This document shows, piece after piece, positions 21,417 to 29,895 of a stretch of 59,448 bases of DNA (the stretch's first letter is position 1; every line of letters begins with the position of its first letter). The DNA is from Candidatus Lindowbacteria bacterium RIFCSPLOWO2_12_FULL_62_27. GTDB lineage: Bacteria > Lindowbacteria > 2-12-FULL-62-27. Both the position numbers and the translations under genes were made by a program. The notes beneath the pieces are model-generated. The model searched no databases. It was not told the DNA's origin and saw only the letters and a list, made by a program, of their open reading frames with translations. The DNA lies in the NCBI GenBank assembly GCA_001784175.1, contig MFPR01000041.1, forward strand, positions 62,001-121,448. The letters are read 5' to 3'.

Positions 21417-23597
21417 ATGGGCGACGGATTACACCATCCGCCGGTGGGGGTTCTTCTTGCCATCGGGCGGAAATATGCGGCGATTCTGACCACGGTCGGG
21501 ATTTGTTTTCTGTTCTGCGTTTTGGCGCGGCCCGCGGCCGCCGTGGACGCGGGCGCGGTCGCCGTCCGGGTGGACGAGTTCAAGAGCGACGTGACGGTGG
21601 CGATCACCAAGGTCAACGGCCGGACCGTGGTCGAGGTCCTGAAACGCGAGATCGAGAAGGCGATGGAGGCCGACGGGGCGTTCCGGGTCGAGGCGACGGC
21701 GCAGTCTTCGCTGAACGGCACGATCCGTGAACTGACCGTCGGGGACATCCGATTAAACGACGCGGGCCAGGTCATTCAAAAACGCGTGAAAGTACGGCTG
21801 GATTTCGCCGCGCTGAACGAGGTTTCCGGCCGCGAAGCCATCCATCGAATCAACTTCACCAGAGAACTTGAATACTATACCGAACTTTATTCGCTTGATC
21901 TCGGAAAAACCGACAAGCGCATGTTCGAGGAGAAATTTCTGCCCGACCTGGCCAGGGCGATCCTGGCGGAGTTGAAGCGCGTGCGCAAGAAATTGCCGCA
22001 AGTCAAAGGCAAGACCATCACCCTGTCCAAAGACGAACAGGGCGAGCTGAACCAGATCGGCAAGGGCGCGCGGAAGCTCGTGAGCGGGACGGTGGAACTG
22101 GACAACGAGCGGATCAACATCGCCAAGGGCGACGTCACGGCGGGCGGCGCGGCGTACCGGCACACGAGCCGGATCATCCAGACGACGACGGTGAAACTCG
22201 AACCGGTGCAGTGGGACGAGTCGGAACTCAAAGGCGTGACGATCGTCAAAGACCAGCCGAACGACCTGCGGAATGTGACGATGCAGCAGGGACTGCTCGA
22301 GTACAAGATCGACGCGGACAACCAGCTCAAGGCCGGCACGGTGAGCGCGTCGCTGTCGAAGATGGCGTTCGACCAGACGGTGAAGGGCCTGACGTTCGAG
22401 CGGAAGATGAAGTTCGGCGAGTACGACCAGACGTGGATGCTGATGGGCGGGAGGGAGTTCAAGTCGAACGGGAGCGGGGATCTGCCTCGGTACAGTTACG
22501 GATCGTACTGGAAGTCATCCTTTGGCGCCGCCGGCGACGTCCAGTTCACGGTCGACTTCACGCGCGACCGCGACCCGTCGGTCGTGTCGGGCGCGCGGCA
22601 GGACTTCGACAACCGCATCTACGGCGTGAGCGGGAAATTCAAGACGCCGGTCGGCACGGAACTGGCGTACGACCTCGCTCGCTCGAAACACCGGGCGGAC
22701 GACCAGCTCGACACGCAGACGCTGTACGGCAGCGTCCATGACGTGAAACTGACGCAGAAACTCAAAAATCTGACGGTGAAAGGCGAATACTTTTTCGGCG
22801 ACGAGAAATTCACGACGGTGTTCGGCAGCGCGACGACGGACCGCAAAAAGGTCGGTTACGGCGCGGACCTGCCGGCGACGCTGGGGCCGGTGGAGGTCAA
22901 ACTGGCGGCGGATATGTCGCGGACGACCAAGATCACCGCGAAATCGACGACGGACGTCCTCGCGCAGGGGTCGGCGAATTTCACGCTGGCGCCGTTCAAG
23001 GACATGGACAACAAATATATGAAGGACATGTCGCTGACGCACGAGCAGTCGATGCGGCATTCGTACGACGACGTGCTGGACGGGACGGCGCAGTCCAAGG
23101 ACAACGACAATTACAGATTCGGGTACGGCCTGACGAACAAATTCGGCGACGCCTACACGCTGGGCCTCAAATTCGACGAGGAGCATGAGCACAACCGGCT
23201 GACGGGCGGGTTGTTTCTGACGAAGGAATACAAATGGGACAACACGATCTCGCGGACGCTGTGGGAGAAGGTCAAGGCCGACCTCAAGGCGAACTACCGC
23301 GACAAATTCGCGGGCGGGACGACCGACCGATTTCTCACCTACGGCGGGACGTTTTCGCGCGAGTGGGACACGCTCAAGGCGCAGTTCGACTATCTGCACG
23401 ACGTCAAGCGCGGCACGACGAGGAGCCAGAACACGACGAAAGACCGGTTCACGCTGGATCTGTCCTACGCCAGGGATATCGGGCATTACAAAACGACGAC
23501 CACGCTTCGCGGCGACTACGAGCGAAATCACTTCACGGATTTCAGCAATAAATACAACAAACTGACGACCACCGTGAACGTCAAGATCAATTTTTAG
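21417..23597 (+). CDS. Secreted protein, probable outer-membrane beta-barrel with N-terminal periplasmic domain
   Basis: Signal peptide ending PAAA; long alternating polar/aromatic strand pattern; C-terminal VNVKINF. Start codon uncertain. Confidence 0.65.
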   Translation: MGDGLHHPPVGVLLAIGRKYAAILTTVGICFLFCVLARPAAAVDAGAVAVRVDEFKSDVTVAITKVNGRTVVEVLKREIEKAMEADGAFRVEATAQSSLNGTIRELTVGDIRLNDAGQVIQKRVKVRLDFAALNEVSGREAIHRINFTRELEYYTELYSLDLGKTDKRMFEEKFLPDLARAILAELKRVRKKLPQVKGKTITLSKDEQGELNQIGKGARKLVSGTVELDNERINIAKGDVTAGGAAYRHTSRIIQTTTVKLEPVQWDESELKGVTIVKDQPNDLRNVTMQQGLLEYKIDADNQLKAGTVSASLSKMAFDQTVKGLTFERKMKFGEYDQTWMLMGGREFKSNGSGDLPRYSYGSYWKSSFGAAGDVQFTVDFTRDRDPSVVSGARQDFDNRIYGVSGKFKTPVGTELAYDLARSKHRADDQLDTQTLYGSVHDVKLTQKLKNLTVKGEYFFGDEKFTTVFGSATTDRKKVGYGADLPATLGPVEVKLAADMSRTTKITAKSTTDVLAQGSANFTLAPFKDMDNKYMKDMSLTHEQSMRHSYDDVLDGTAQSKDNDNYRFGYGLTNKFGDAYTLGLKFDEEHEHNRLTGGLFLTKEYKWDNTISRTLWEKVKADLKANYRDKFAGGTTDRFLTYGGTFSREWDTLKAQFDYLHDVKRGTTRSQNTTKDRFTLDLSYARDIGHYKTTTTLRGDYERNHFTDFSNKYNKLTTTVNVKINF

Positions 23598-23619
23598 GGC
23601 GAATTCCGAGTGCTCCCCG

Positions 23620-25395
23620 ATGCGATCTGACGCGAAAATGACGAACCCCGTGTACGGCCTGTTCGGACGCTTCGTTCCGCCCGCCGCGCTCGTGGCGGCC
23701 CTCTGCTTTTCCTTCCCCGCGTTCGCCGACCTGCCGGTGCCCGTCCGAAGCCCGAACGTCGAAGTCGGCAGTCCCAAATCGCCCCGCGCCGTCTACGCGC
23801 CCGGTGAAGTCGCCGGCATCGAGGTCAAGGTGAAAAACAAGAGCGCGATGGAAATCCAAGCCATCATCCTGCTTGACATCGTCCTTCCCGACGGCGCTAC
23901 GCAGCAGCTTCGATCGGATGTTCAGGCCGTCGACGCGCGCAAATCCAAAACCGTCTCCGTCCAATACGCGATCCCGGCCGACGCGCCGAACGGAACGTAT
24001 TACGCCCGCGTCTACATCCGGAATCCCTACATCCGCGAACCGTACTACGTAGACGATGCGGTGAAGGTCTTTGAGGTAAAAGGGGGCCGCGCATTGGACA
24101 CGGAAGTTGAGATTGTGGAGAAGACCGTCGCGTCGGATGCCGACTGGCCCGGAGCGGCGGAGGGTTCCGGAATTCCCGTGAAGTCGATGCCGTTCGCGCC
24201 GAAGCAGAAGTCGGTGGCCTCGACCCTTACGCCGGAATTCACATGGCCCCGGCATCCGCAGGCGGTTTCTTACAAGGTCTATGTATCGAAAGTTCCCTTC
24301 TCCAGCGCCAACGTCATCATGGCCCAGGGCGTGACCGACCTCAAGTATACATTCGATCCGGAGGATGCATCGCTGCCTTTGGCCGACGGCCGGACCTATG
24401 CGTTCACGATCCTTCCGAAAAATTCGGCCGGCGCCACGATGGTCGGCGATCTCAACGGGTTCTTCAGCACATTCACCGTTCAACTGTCCGCGCCCTCGGC
24501 CGCCAAAAAGGATGCACTCGACATCAAACTCAACGACATTTCCACGACGGCCGCGTCGTCCGGAACCGAGGTTTACTGGAACAAGGAAGATGTCCCGGCC
24601 GGCACGTTGACGATTTCCGGCACGGTCCCGAACTTCACCGACGTGGGCCGGCTGCCCGAGTCGGACGAACCGTCGTACTGGCTGGCCGCGGAGGACGCCG
24701 GCAAGATCGTCGCCGAGCAGTCGTTGGCCAACGAGAAAATCCGAAAGGTGTGGATATCGACCGACAACGGCGCGAATTTCGCACTGCTCACGCTCGAAAA
24801 GGTGGATGCCTCAACCGGCGCATTCAGCCATGTCATCAAGCTTACCGCGAGCGCCGACTATTATCTCAAATTCAAAGTCGAAACGACGACGGGCCGATCC
24901 GCCGTCATCGAACCGAGCGGCGTCAAGATCATCCACTACAAGCATGCGGACCAGGCGGAAGCGCTCAAGGAACTATTGAACAATCTCAAGAACGCGCTGG
25001 TCAACAACGACCGCGCCGCGCTGATGGATATCATTCACCCGGACTGGATCAGCACCGACGCCGATTTCGTGGACAAGAGCAAATTTGAAAATACGATCCG
25101 CGAGTTGTTCACCAAGACCACGACCACCCTGATCACCTGGTCGACCGAAAATACCGACATCATCTCTCCGGGCCGCCGGGTCACGCTGACCTGCACGTGG
25201 CGGCAGAAGATGACGCATCCGACATTCAACGCGACACGCGACATCAACACGACTCTGCGGCTGGACGTGCGCAGGGAAAACGGCAAGTGGCTCATCCGCG
25301 AGGATATCGACCTCGTGATCTTCCGCGCGAATTTCGGCATGACCCTGACCGTCAATCCCCATGGATTGCTGCCTCCGGGCTATGGCACGCGATAA
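23620..25395 (+). CDS. Secreted multidomain protein (Ig/CARDB-like domains plus C-terminal NTF2-like domain)
   Basis: Signal peptide ending PAFA; YAPGEV..VKN..APNGTY Ig-like motif; C-terminal RRENGKWLI typical of NTF2-like folds. Confidence 0.7.
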   Translation: MRSDAKMTNPVYGLFGRFVPPAALVAALCFSFPAFADLPVPVRSPNVEVGSPKSPRAVYAPGEVAGIEVKVKNKSAMEIQAIILLDIVLPDGATQQLRSDVQAVDARKSKTVSVQYAIPADAPNGTYYARVYIRNPYIREPYYVDDAVKVFEVKGGRALDTEVEIVEKTVASDADWPGAAEGSGIPVKSMPFAPKQKSVASTLTPEFTWPRHPQAVSYKVYVSKVPFSSANVIMAQGVTDLKYTFDPEDASLPLADGRTYAFTILPKNSAGATMVGDLNGFFSTFTVQLSAPSAAKKDALDIKLNDISTTAASSGTEVYWNKEDVPAGTLTISGTVPNFTDVGRLPESDEPSYWLAAEDAGKIVAEQSLANEKIRKVWISTDNGANFALLTLEKVDASTGAFSHVIKLTASADYYLKFKVETTTGRSAVIEPSGVKIIHYKHADQAEALKELLNNLKNALVNNDRAALMDIIHPDWISTDADFVDKSKFENTIRELFTKTTTTLITWSTENTDIISPGRRVTLTCTWRQKMTHPTFNATRDINTTLRLDVRRENGKWLIREDIDLVIFRANFGMTLTVNPHGLLPPGYGTR

Positions 25396-25402
25396 CGAGC
25401 GG

Positions 25403-28162
25403 ATGATTCGCCGGGCTTTCGCCGGAATCGTGGCAGCCGGCCTGCTGATTGCGCTGTCTCCGGCATTCGTCCACGCCGTGCCGAACGACACCATCGCTGA
25501 CCGCGTCCTCGGCCAGCCTGGATTTGAGTCGGCAACCACCGAGACTTCCGCGACCGGCATGACCCGGCCGATCGGTATTGCCGTCGACGCCAGGGGGCGA
25601 CTGTATGTGTCCGAAGAGCTCAACAACCGCATCCTCGTTTTCGACAGTCCCGCGGCCGGGGATACCACGGCGGACACCGTCCTCGGCCAGGCGAATTTCA
25701 CGACCGGTGACTCGCTCATCTCGCGCACCGGCCTGTCGTTTCCCACCGGCATGGCGTTCGACTCGTTCGGGCGGCTCTATGTGTCCGAGTTCAGAAACCA
25801 CCGCGTTCTCATTTACGACAGTCCGACATCGGGCGACACGACGGCCGACACGGTTCTCGGCCAGGCTAATTTTACGACGGCCATCGCCGCCACAACCCGA
25901 ACCGGAATGAGCGGCCCAAGCGGCGTCGCGATTGACGCCTTTGGGCGCCTCTATGTCTCCGAGTTCACCAACAACCGCATTCTCATTTTCGACAGCCCGA
26001 CATCGGGCGACACGACGGCCGACACGGTTCTGGGCCAGCCCAACTTTACGACAAGCGTTGACATCACGACCCGCGACGGCATGTCGGCCCCGGACGGAAT
26101 TGCGCTGGATACATTTGGCCGGCTCTACGTCGCCGACCGGGGCAACAATCGCATTCTGATTTTCGACACACCTGCGTCAGGCGACACGACGGCCGACACG
26201 CTTCTTGGCCAGCCCAATTATATAACGGCCACCCCCACGACGACTGCGAACGGCTTGCGAGTCCCGCGCGGACTCGCGATCGACGCCGCCGGACGACTGT
26301 ATGTCGCGGACAGGGACAACCATCGCGTTCTCATTTTCGATAATCCGGCGAATGACACGACCGCCGACACCGTCCTCGGCGAGCCGGACTTCCTGACTCG
26401 GGGCGCCACCACGAATTCATCCGGCATGAGCAGTCCCGCCGGCGTCGCCGTCGATACCGCGGGACGTCTCTACGTGGCCGACCGGTCGAACAGCCGCGTT
26501 CTTGTTTTCTTCGCGAATCCGCGCATTTCGCAGACGACGCGATCGAACAACCATCAGCGCGGGCAAATCTATGCGGCATTGTCCCTGCCATTCGAGTTCG
26601 CCGGGAAAGACAGCGACGGCATCGCGCTGTCGGGCCGGACGCCGGCCTACAGCGTGTCGTTCGCTCCGTCCGGCGCGAGTGGATATTCTCTTGATACGTT
26701 GGGCATCAGGTCGACATCCGCCTCGGGTACCGCGGCCGTCCGCCTGACGCTCGGCGACAAAAACGGCGTCTATCAGGTGACAGCCACGATCGACGACACG
26801 ACCGCCGTGTTCACGGCATATTCGGATTCGATCAACATCTCGGCCCAAACCTGGACGATGTTCGGCCCGAACAAAAATCCGACGACCGCCACCCGCGCAG
26901 GCGTCATCGAGGACGACGGATTCGGCACGCTCGATTCAGTCTCCACGACTCTATCAAGCGGCTACGTTGTCTACTGGTCGAATCCGGCGATATCGCCCGA
27001 CTCCGCGTACGGCCTCTTTGTCACGCCGGCGACCATCGACACGGGGCGGTCCTACTGGCTCTACAGCGCCGCCGCCAAAACGCTCGACGTCGACGGCACG
27101 GTGCTGACGGAAACGCTGTCCATCCGCATCTCTCCGGGCTGGAACATGGTTTCGAATCCGTTTCCGTATTTCATTGATTTCGACTCCGACATCCAGTTTC
27201 AAGTGGACGGCGGAACCAAGAAAAGCCCGCAGCTCGCGCAAACCGACAGCATCGCCGACGGCGTGATCTTCTGGTATGACAACGCCAACACGACCTTCCG
27301 CTGGGGCCCGCGCGCAAGTCCGGCGTCGTCCACCGCCGCGACCGCGTCGAGCCTTCAGCTCAAGCCTTTCACAGGCTACGAAATCTACGCGCACCAAACC
27401 TGCACGATGCACTTTTACCCTAACCCGCGGGATCCTGCCTCGTCGACGGTGTTGAATCAGACACCGGCGCCCAGATACACGGCGGAGAACCCCCTCTCCC
27501 CCGCAGGGGGAGAGGGTTGGGGTGAGGGGGTCCGGTCCGCCTTTTCCTCGTATTATTCAAGCGGCGGAACGTCGGACTGGGAAATCCAGCTCTCCGCGTC
27601 CGGCACAAACGGCTCGCAAACCGCAGGCGACATCGACAACTACGTGGGCGTTCGCGCGGCCGGTTCGCTCACCGTGCGGGACGCCCCCGCATCGCCGGGC
27701 GGCGGAATGGGTTTGAGCGTGGCGCCGTACGGACAGGCGGGAACCTACGCGCTTCATTACGCCGTGTCCCCCGCGGACGCGACGTGGGACGTGAACGTGT
27801 ATTCCTCCGCCGTCGGGAACGTGACGATTTCCGCTTCGGGATTGTCGGGCTTGCCCTCGACCGTCTCATCGCTTTTGCTGCAGGACCTGACAACGGGAAC
27901 CGTTACCGACATGAAAACTTCGCCTTACACCTACGCATCTTCAGCCGCCGAAACGCGCATATTCCATCTCTCGGCAACGGGCGTCCTGCCGAGTTCGTCC
28001 TCGTCCGTCAAGGCGATCTACCCTGCGGCCTGTCTCATCGCCAAAACGTTCAACGCCGCCGGATGCGCCGGCTTCGCGCATCCCTTCCGCCGCCTGCGGG
28101 ATTTTCTGCTCGGATCGCCCTGCGGCCGCGCTCTCGTGGAAACCTATTACCGCATCTACTAA
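25403..28162 (+). CDS. Secreted NHL-repeat beta-propeller protein with CFI-box-CTERM-like tail
   Basis: Signal peptide; six ~60-aa repeats (ADTVLGQ.NF...P.G.A.D..GRLYV.D..N.R.L.F); tail CLIA...FRRLRDFLL...GRALVETYY. Confidence 0.85.
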   Translation: MIRRAFAGIVAAGLLIALSPAFVHAVPNDTIADRVLGQPGFESATTETSATGMTRPIGIAVDARGRLYVSEELNNRILVFDSPAAGDTTADTVLGQANFTTGDSLISRTGLSFPTGMAFDSFGRLYVSEFRNHRVLIYDSPTSGDTTADTVLGQANFTTAIAATTRTGMSGPSGVAIDAFGRLYVSEFTNNRILIFDSPTSGDTTADTVLGQPNFTTSVDITTRDGMSAPDGIALDTFGRLYVADRGNNRILIFDTPASGDTTADTLLGQPNYITATPTTTANGLRVPRGLAIDAAGRLYVADRDNHRVLIFDNPANDTTADTVLGEPDFLTRGATTNSSGMSSPAGVAVDTAGRLYVADRSNSRVLVFFANPRISQTTRSNNHQRGQIYAALSLPFEFAGKDSDGIALSGRTPAYSVSFAPSGASGYSLDTLGIRSTSASGTAAVRLTLGDKNGVYQVTATIDDTTAVFTAYSDSINISAQTWTMFGPNKNPTTATRAGVIEDDGFGTLDSVSTTLSSGYVVYWSNPAISPDSAYGLFVTPATIDTGRSYWLYSAAAKTLDVDGTVLTETLSIRISPGWNMVSNPFPYFIDFDSDIQFQVDGGTKKSPQLAQTDSIADGVIFWYDNANTTFRWGPRASPASSTAATASSLQLKPFTGYEIYAHQTCTMHFYPNPRDPASSTVLNQTPAPRYTAENPLSPAGGEGWGEGVRSAFSSYYSSGGTSDWEIQLSASGTNGSQTAGDIDNYVGVRAAGSLTVRDAPASPGGGMGLSVAPYGQAGTYALHYAVSPADATWDVNVYSSAVGNVTISASGLSGLPSTVSSLLLQDLTTGTVTDMKTSPYTYASSAAETRIFHLSATGVLPSSSSSVKAIYPAACLIAKTFNAAGCAGFAHPFRRLRDFLLGSPCGRALVETYYRIY
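27490..27530. repeat. REP-like palindrome (CCCTCTCCCCC-GCA-GGGGGAGAGGG-TTGGGGTGAGGGG) inside the CDS
   Basis: Perfect 11-bp stem at 27492-27516 followed by a GGGGTGAGGG tail, the pattern of a widespread intergenic repeat family. Confidence 0.75.
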
Positions 28163-28175
28163 CCGATATGGAGGA

Positions 28176-28673
28176 ATGATGACCGTGCAACAGGGAGTTG
28201 ACAACAGGACGGACACCGCCGATCGAAAAGTGAAATTGGGACGCGTCGCCTATGGCGCCGCCACCATCGCGGCTTTCGATATTCTTGCAGGCGAACCGAT
28301 ACTCAAAATCGAAGGCCCGGAGGTCTCGGTTCCAGACCGATACACCATCCAGATTGACGAGGATACTCATATCGTTCCGGATGAGATGGCCGGCCGATAT
28401 CTCAATCACCATTGTTCGCCAAACGCACGTTTTGATTTCGACACCTGGACGCTCGTGGCGACGCGATTCATCAAACAGGGAGAGGAGATCGCATTCAACT
28501 ATCTCACCACGGAATGGGACATGGCCGCCCCCTTCGACTGTTTCTGCGAATCCAGGGCATGTTTCGGCAGGATCGCCGGCTACAAGAATCTGACGGACGC
28601 GCAGAAGTCGCAGTGCGAACCGTGGTGCTCTCCGTTCCTCCGGTCGAAAATGGCCGCCGCTGTCCGGCCGTGA
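28176..28673 (+). CDS. SET-domain methyltransferase with post-SET cysteines
   Basis: RYLNHHCSPN, IKQGEEIAFNY, post-SET CFCESRAC; GGAGG RBS. Confidence 0.9.
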   Translation: MMTVQQGVDNRTDTADRKVKLGRVAYGAATIAAFDILAGEPILKIEGPEVSVPDRYTIQIDEDTHIVPDEMAGRYLNHHCSPNARFDFDTWTLVATRFIKQGEEIAFNYLTTEWDMAAPFDCFCESRACFGRIAGYKNLTDAQKSQCEPWCSPFLRSKMAAAVRP

Positions 28674-29890
28674 AAGAAACGGCCACCCTGCCGTGGTGGT
28701 GTGACCGGCGCCTGATCCCGGAGGGATCGGGGCTCGTCTTGAACGGCGCGCCCGTCGCCGATCTGGCGTCGTCGCTCGGCACGCCCCTCTATCTCTACAG
28801 CGCGTCGCGCGTGCGGGACCGGCTGGCGGGCCTTCGCGAATCGCTCGCGTCGGTCGGCCTCGACAGCCGCATATACTACGCGATGAAGGCCAATCGCCAC
28901 CCGGGCCTTCTCGACCTGATCCGCGCCGAGCGTGACGTCGGCATCGACGCCTGCTCGCCCCGTGAAGTCGAAACGGCGATCGAGGCGGGATTTCGGCCCG
29001 GGGAGATTTCCCTCACGGCCTCGATGCTCAGCAACCGCGACCTCGCCGCGCTGGCGGCGAGCCGCGTCCACGTGAACCTCGATACCGTTTCCGCGATCCG
29101 GCGGTTCGGCCGCGCGGCCCCGCGCGGCGCGCGGATCGGACTACGCGTCGATCCCGGAGTCGACGCCGGATACGCCGTCGCCGCCTCCAAACTCTCTTAC
29201 GGCCGGGCCAAACTGGGACTGCCGGCCGCGCGGTTGCCGGATGCTCTCGATGAGGCCGAACGGGCGGGCCTTGCGGTCGATACGCTCCACATGCATCTCG
29301 GATGGGGACTGCAGGAAAGCGACGCGGGCGCGTTCGATCAGGCGTTGGCTGTGCTGGCCGCGCAAATTCCCAAGATTCCCGATTTGCAAGTCGTCAATAT
29401 TGGCGGCGGGCTCGGCGCGCGACATCGCGAGGATGATCGTCCGCTCGCGCTTGACGCGTGGGCCGCGGCCGTTCGCCGGCGCCTCGGCGGGAGCGGCCTG
29501 ACACTGGCCTGCGAGCCCGGCACCCTGCTGGTCGCCGCCGCCGGCGTCCTGGTGGTTGAAGTCAACACGGTGAACGAAAAGGACGGCCGGACGTGGGTGG
29601 GCGTCGACGCGGGACACAACATCAACGTCTATCCGCTGCACTACAAGATTCCGCTCGAGGTCGTACATGTGACTCGTCCGCTCGATTCGCCCGCGCGCGT
29701 GGTGACGATCGTCGGCAATATCAACGAAGCCGGTGACGTCTTCGCCCAAGACGTGCGGCTCCCCGAAATCCGCGAGGGCGATCTGCTCGCCTTCCTGCCG
29801 GCCGGGGCCTACGGGGCGAGCATGTCGAGCGACCACTGTCTGCGCGGAAACCCGCGTGAATTTCTCATCGACAAGGAGGGCGGGTCCTGA
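28670..29890 (+). CDS. Fold-type III PLP-dependent decarboxylase (diaminopimelate decarboxylase-like)
   Basis: GTG overlaps the SET stop (GTGA). Motifs GTPLYLY, YAMKAN (PLP Lys), HMHLG, NIGGG, EPG, GAYGASMSS. Confidence 0.88.
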   Translation: MKETATLPWWCDRRLIPEGSGLVLNGAPVADLASSLGTPLYLYSASRVRDRLAGLRESLASVGLDSRIYYAMKANRHPGLLDLIRAERDVGIDACSPREVETAIEAGFRPGEISLTASMLSNRDLAALAASRVHVNLDTVSAIRRFGRAAPRGARIGLRVDPGVDAGYAVAASKLSYGRAKLGLPAARLPDALDEAERAGLAVDTLHMHLGWGLQESDAGAFDQALAVLAAQIPKIPDLQVVNIGGGLGARHREDDRPLALDAWAAAVRRRLGGSGLTLACEPGTLLVAAAGVLVVEVNTVNEKDGRTWVGVDAGHNINVYPLHYKIPLEVVHVTRPLDSPARVVTIVGNINEAGDVFAQDVRLPEIREGDLLAFLPAGAYGASMSSDHCLRGNPREFLIDKEGGS

Positions 29891-29895
29891 CGTCT

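Noticed and set aside
28670..29890. Gene symbol lysA
   Set aside because: The catalytic-loop Cys is missing and the context is atypical, so the substrate is uncertain.
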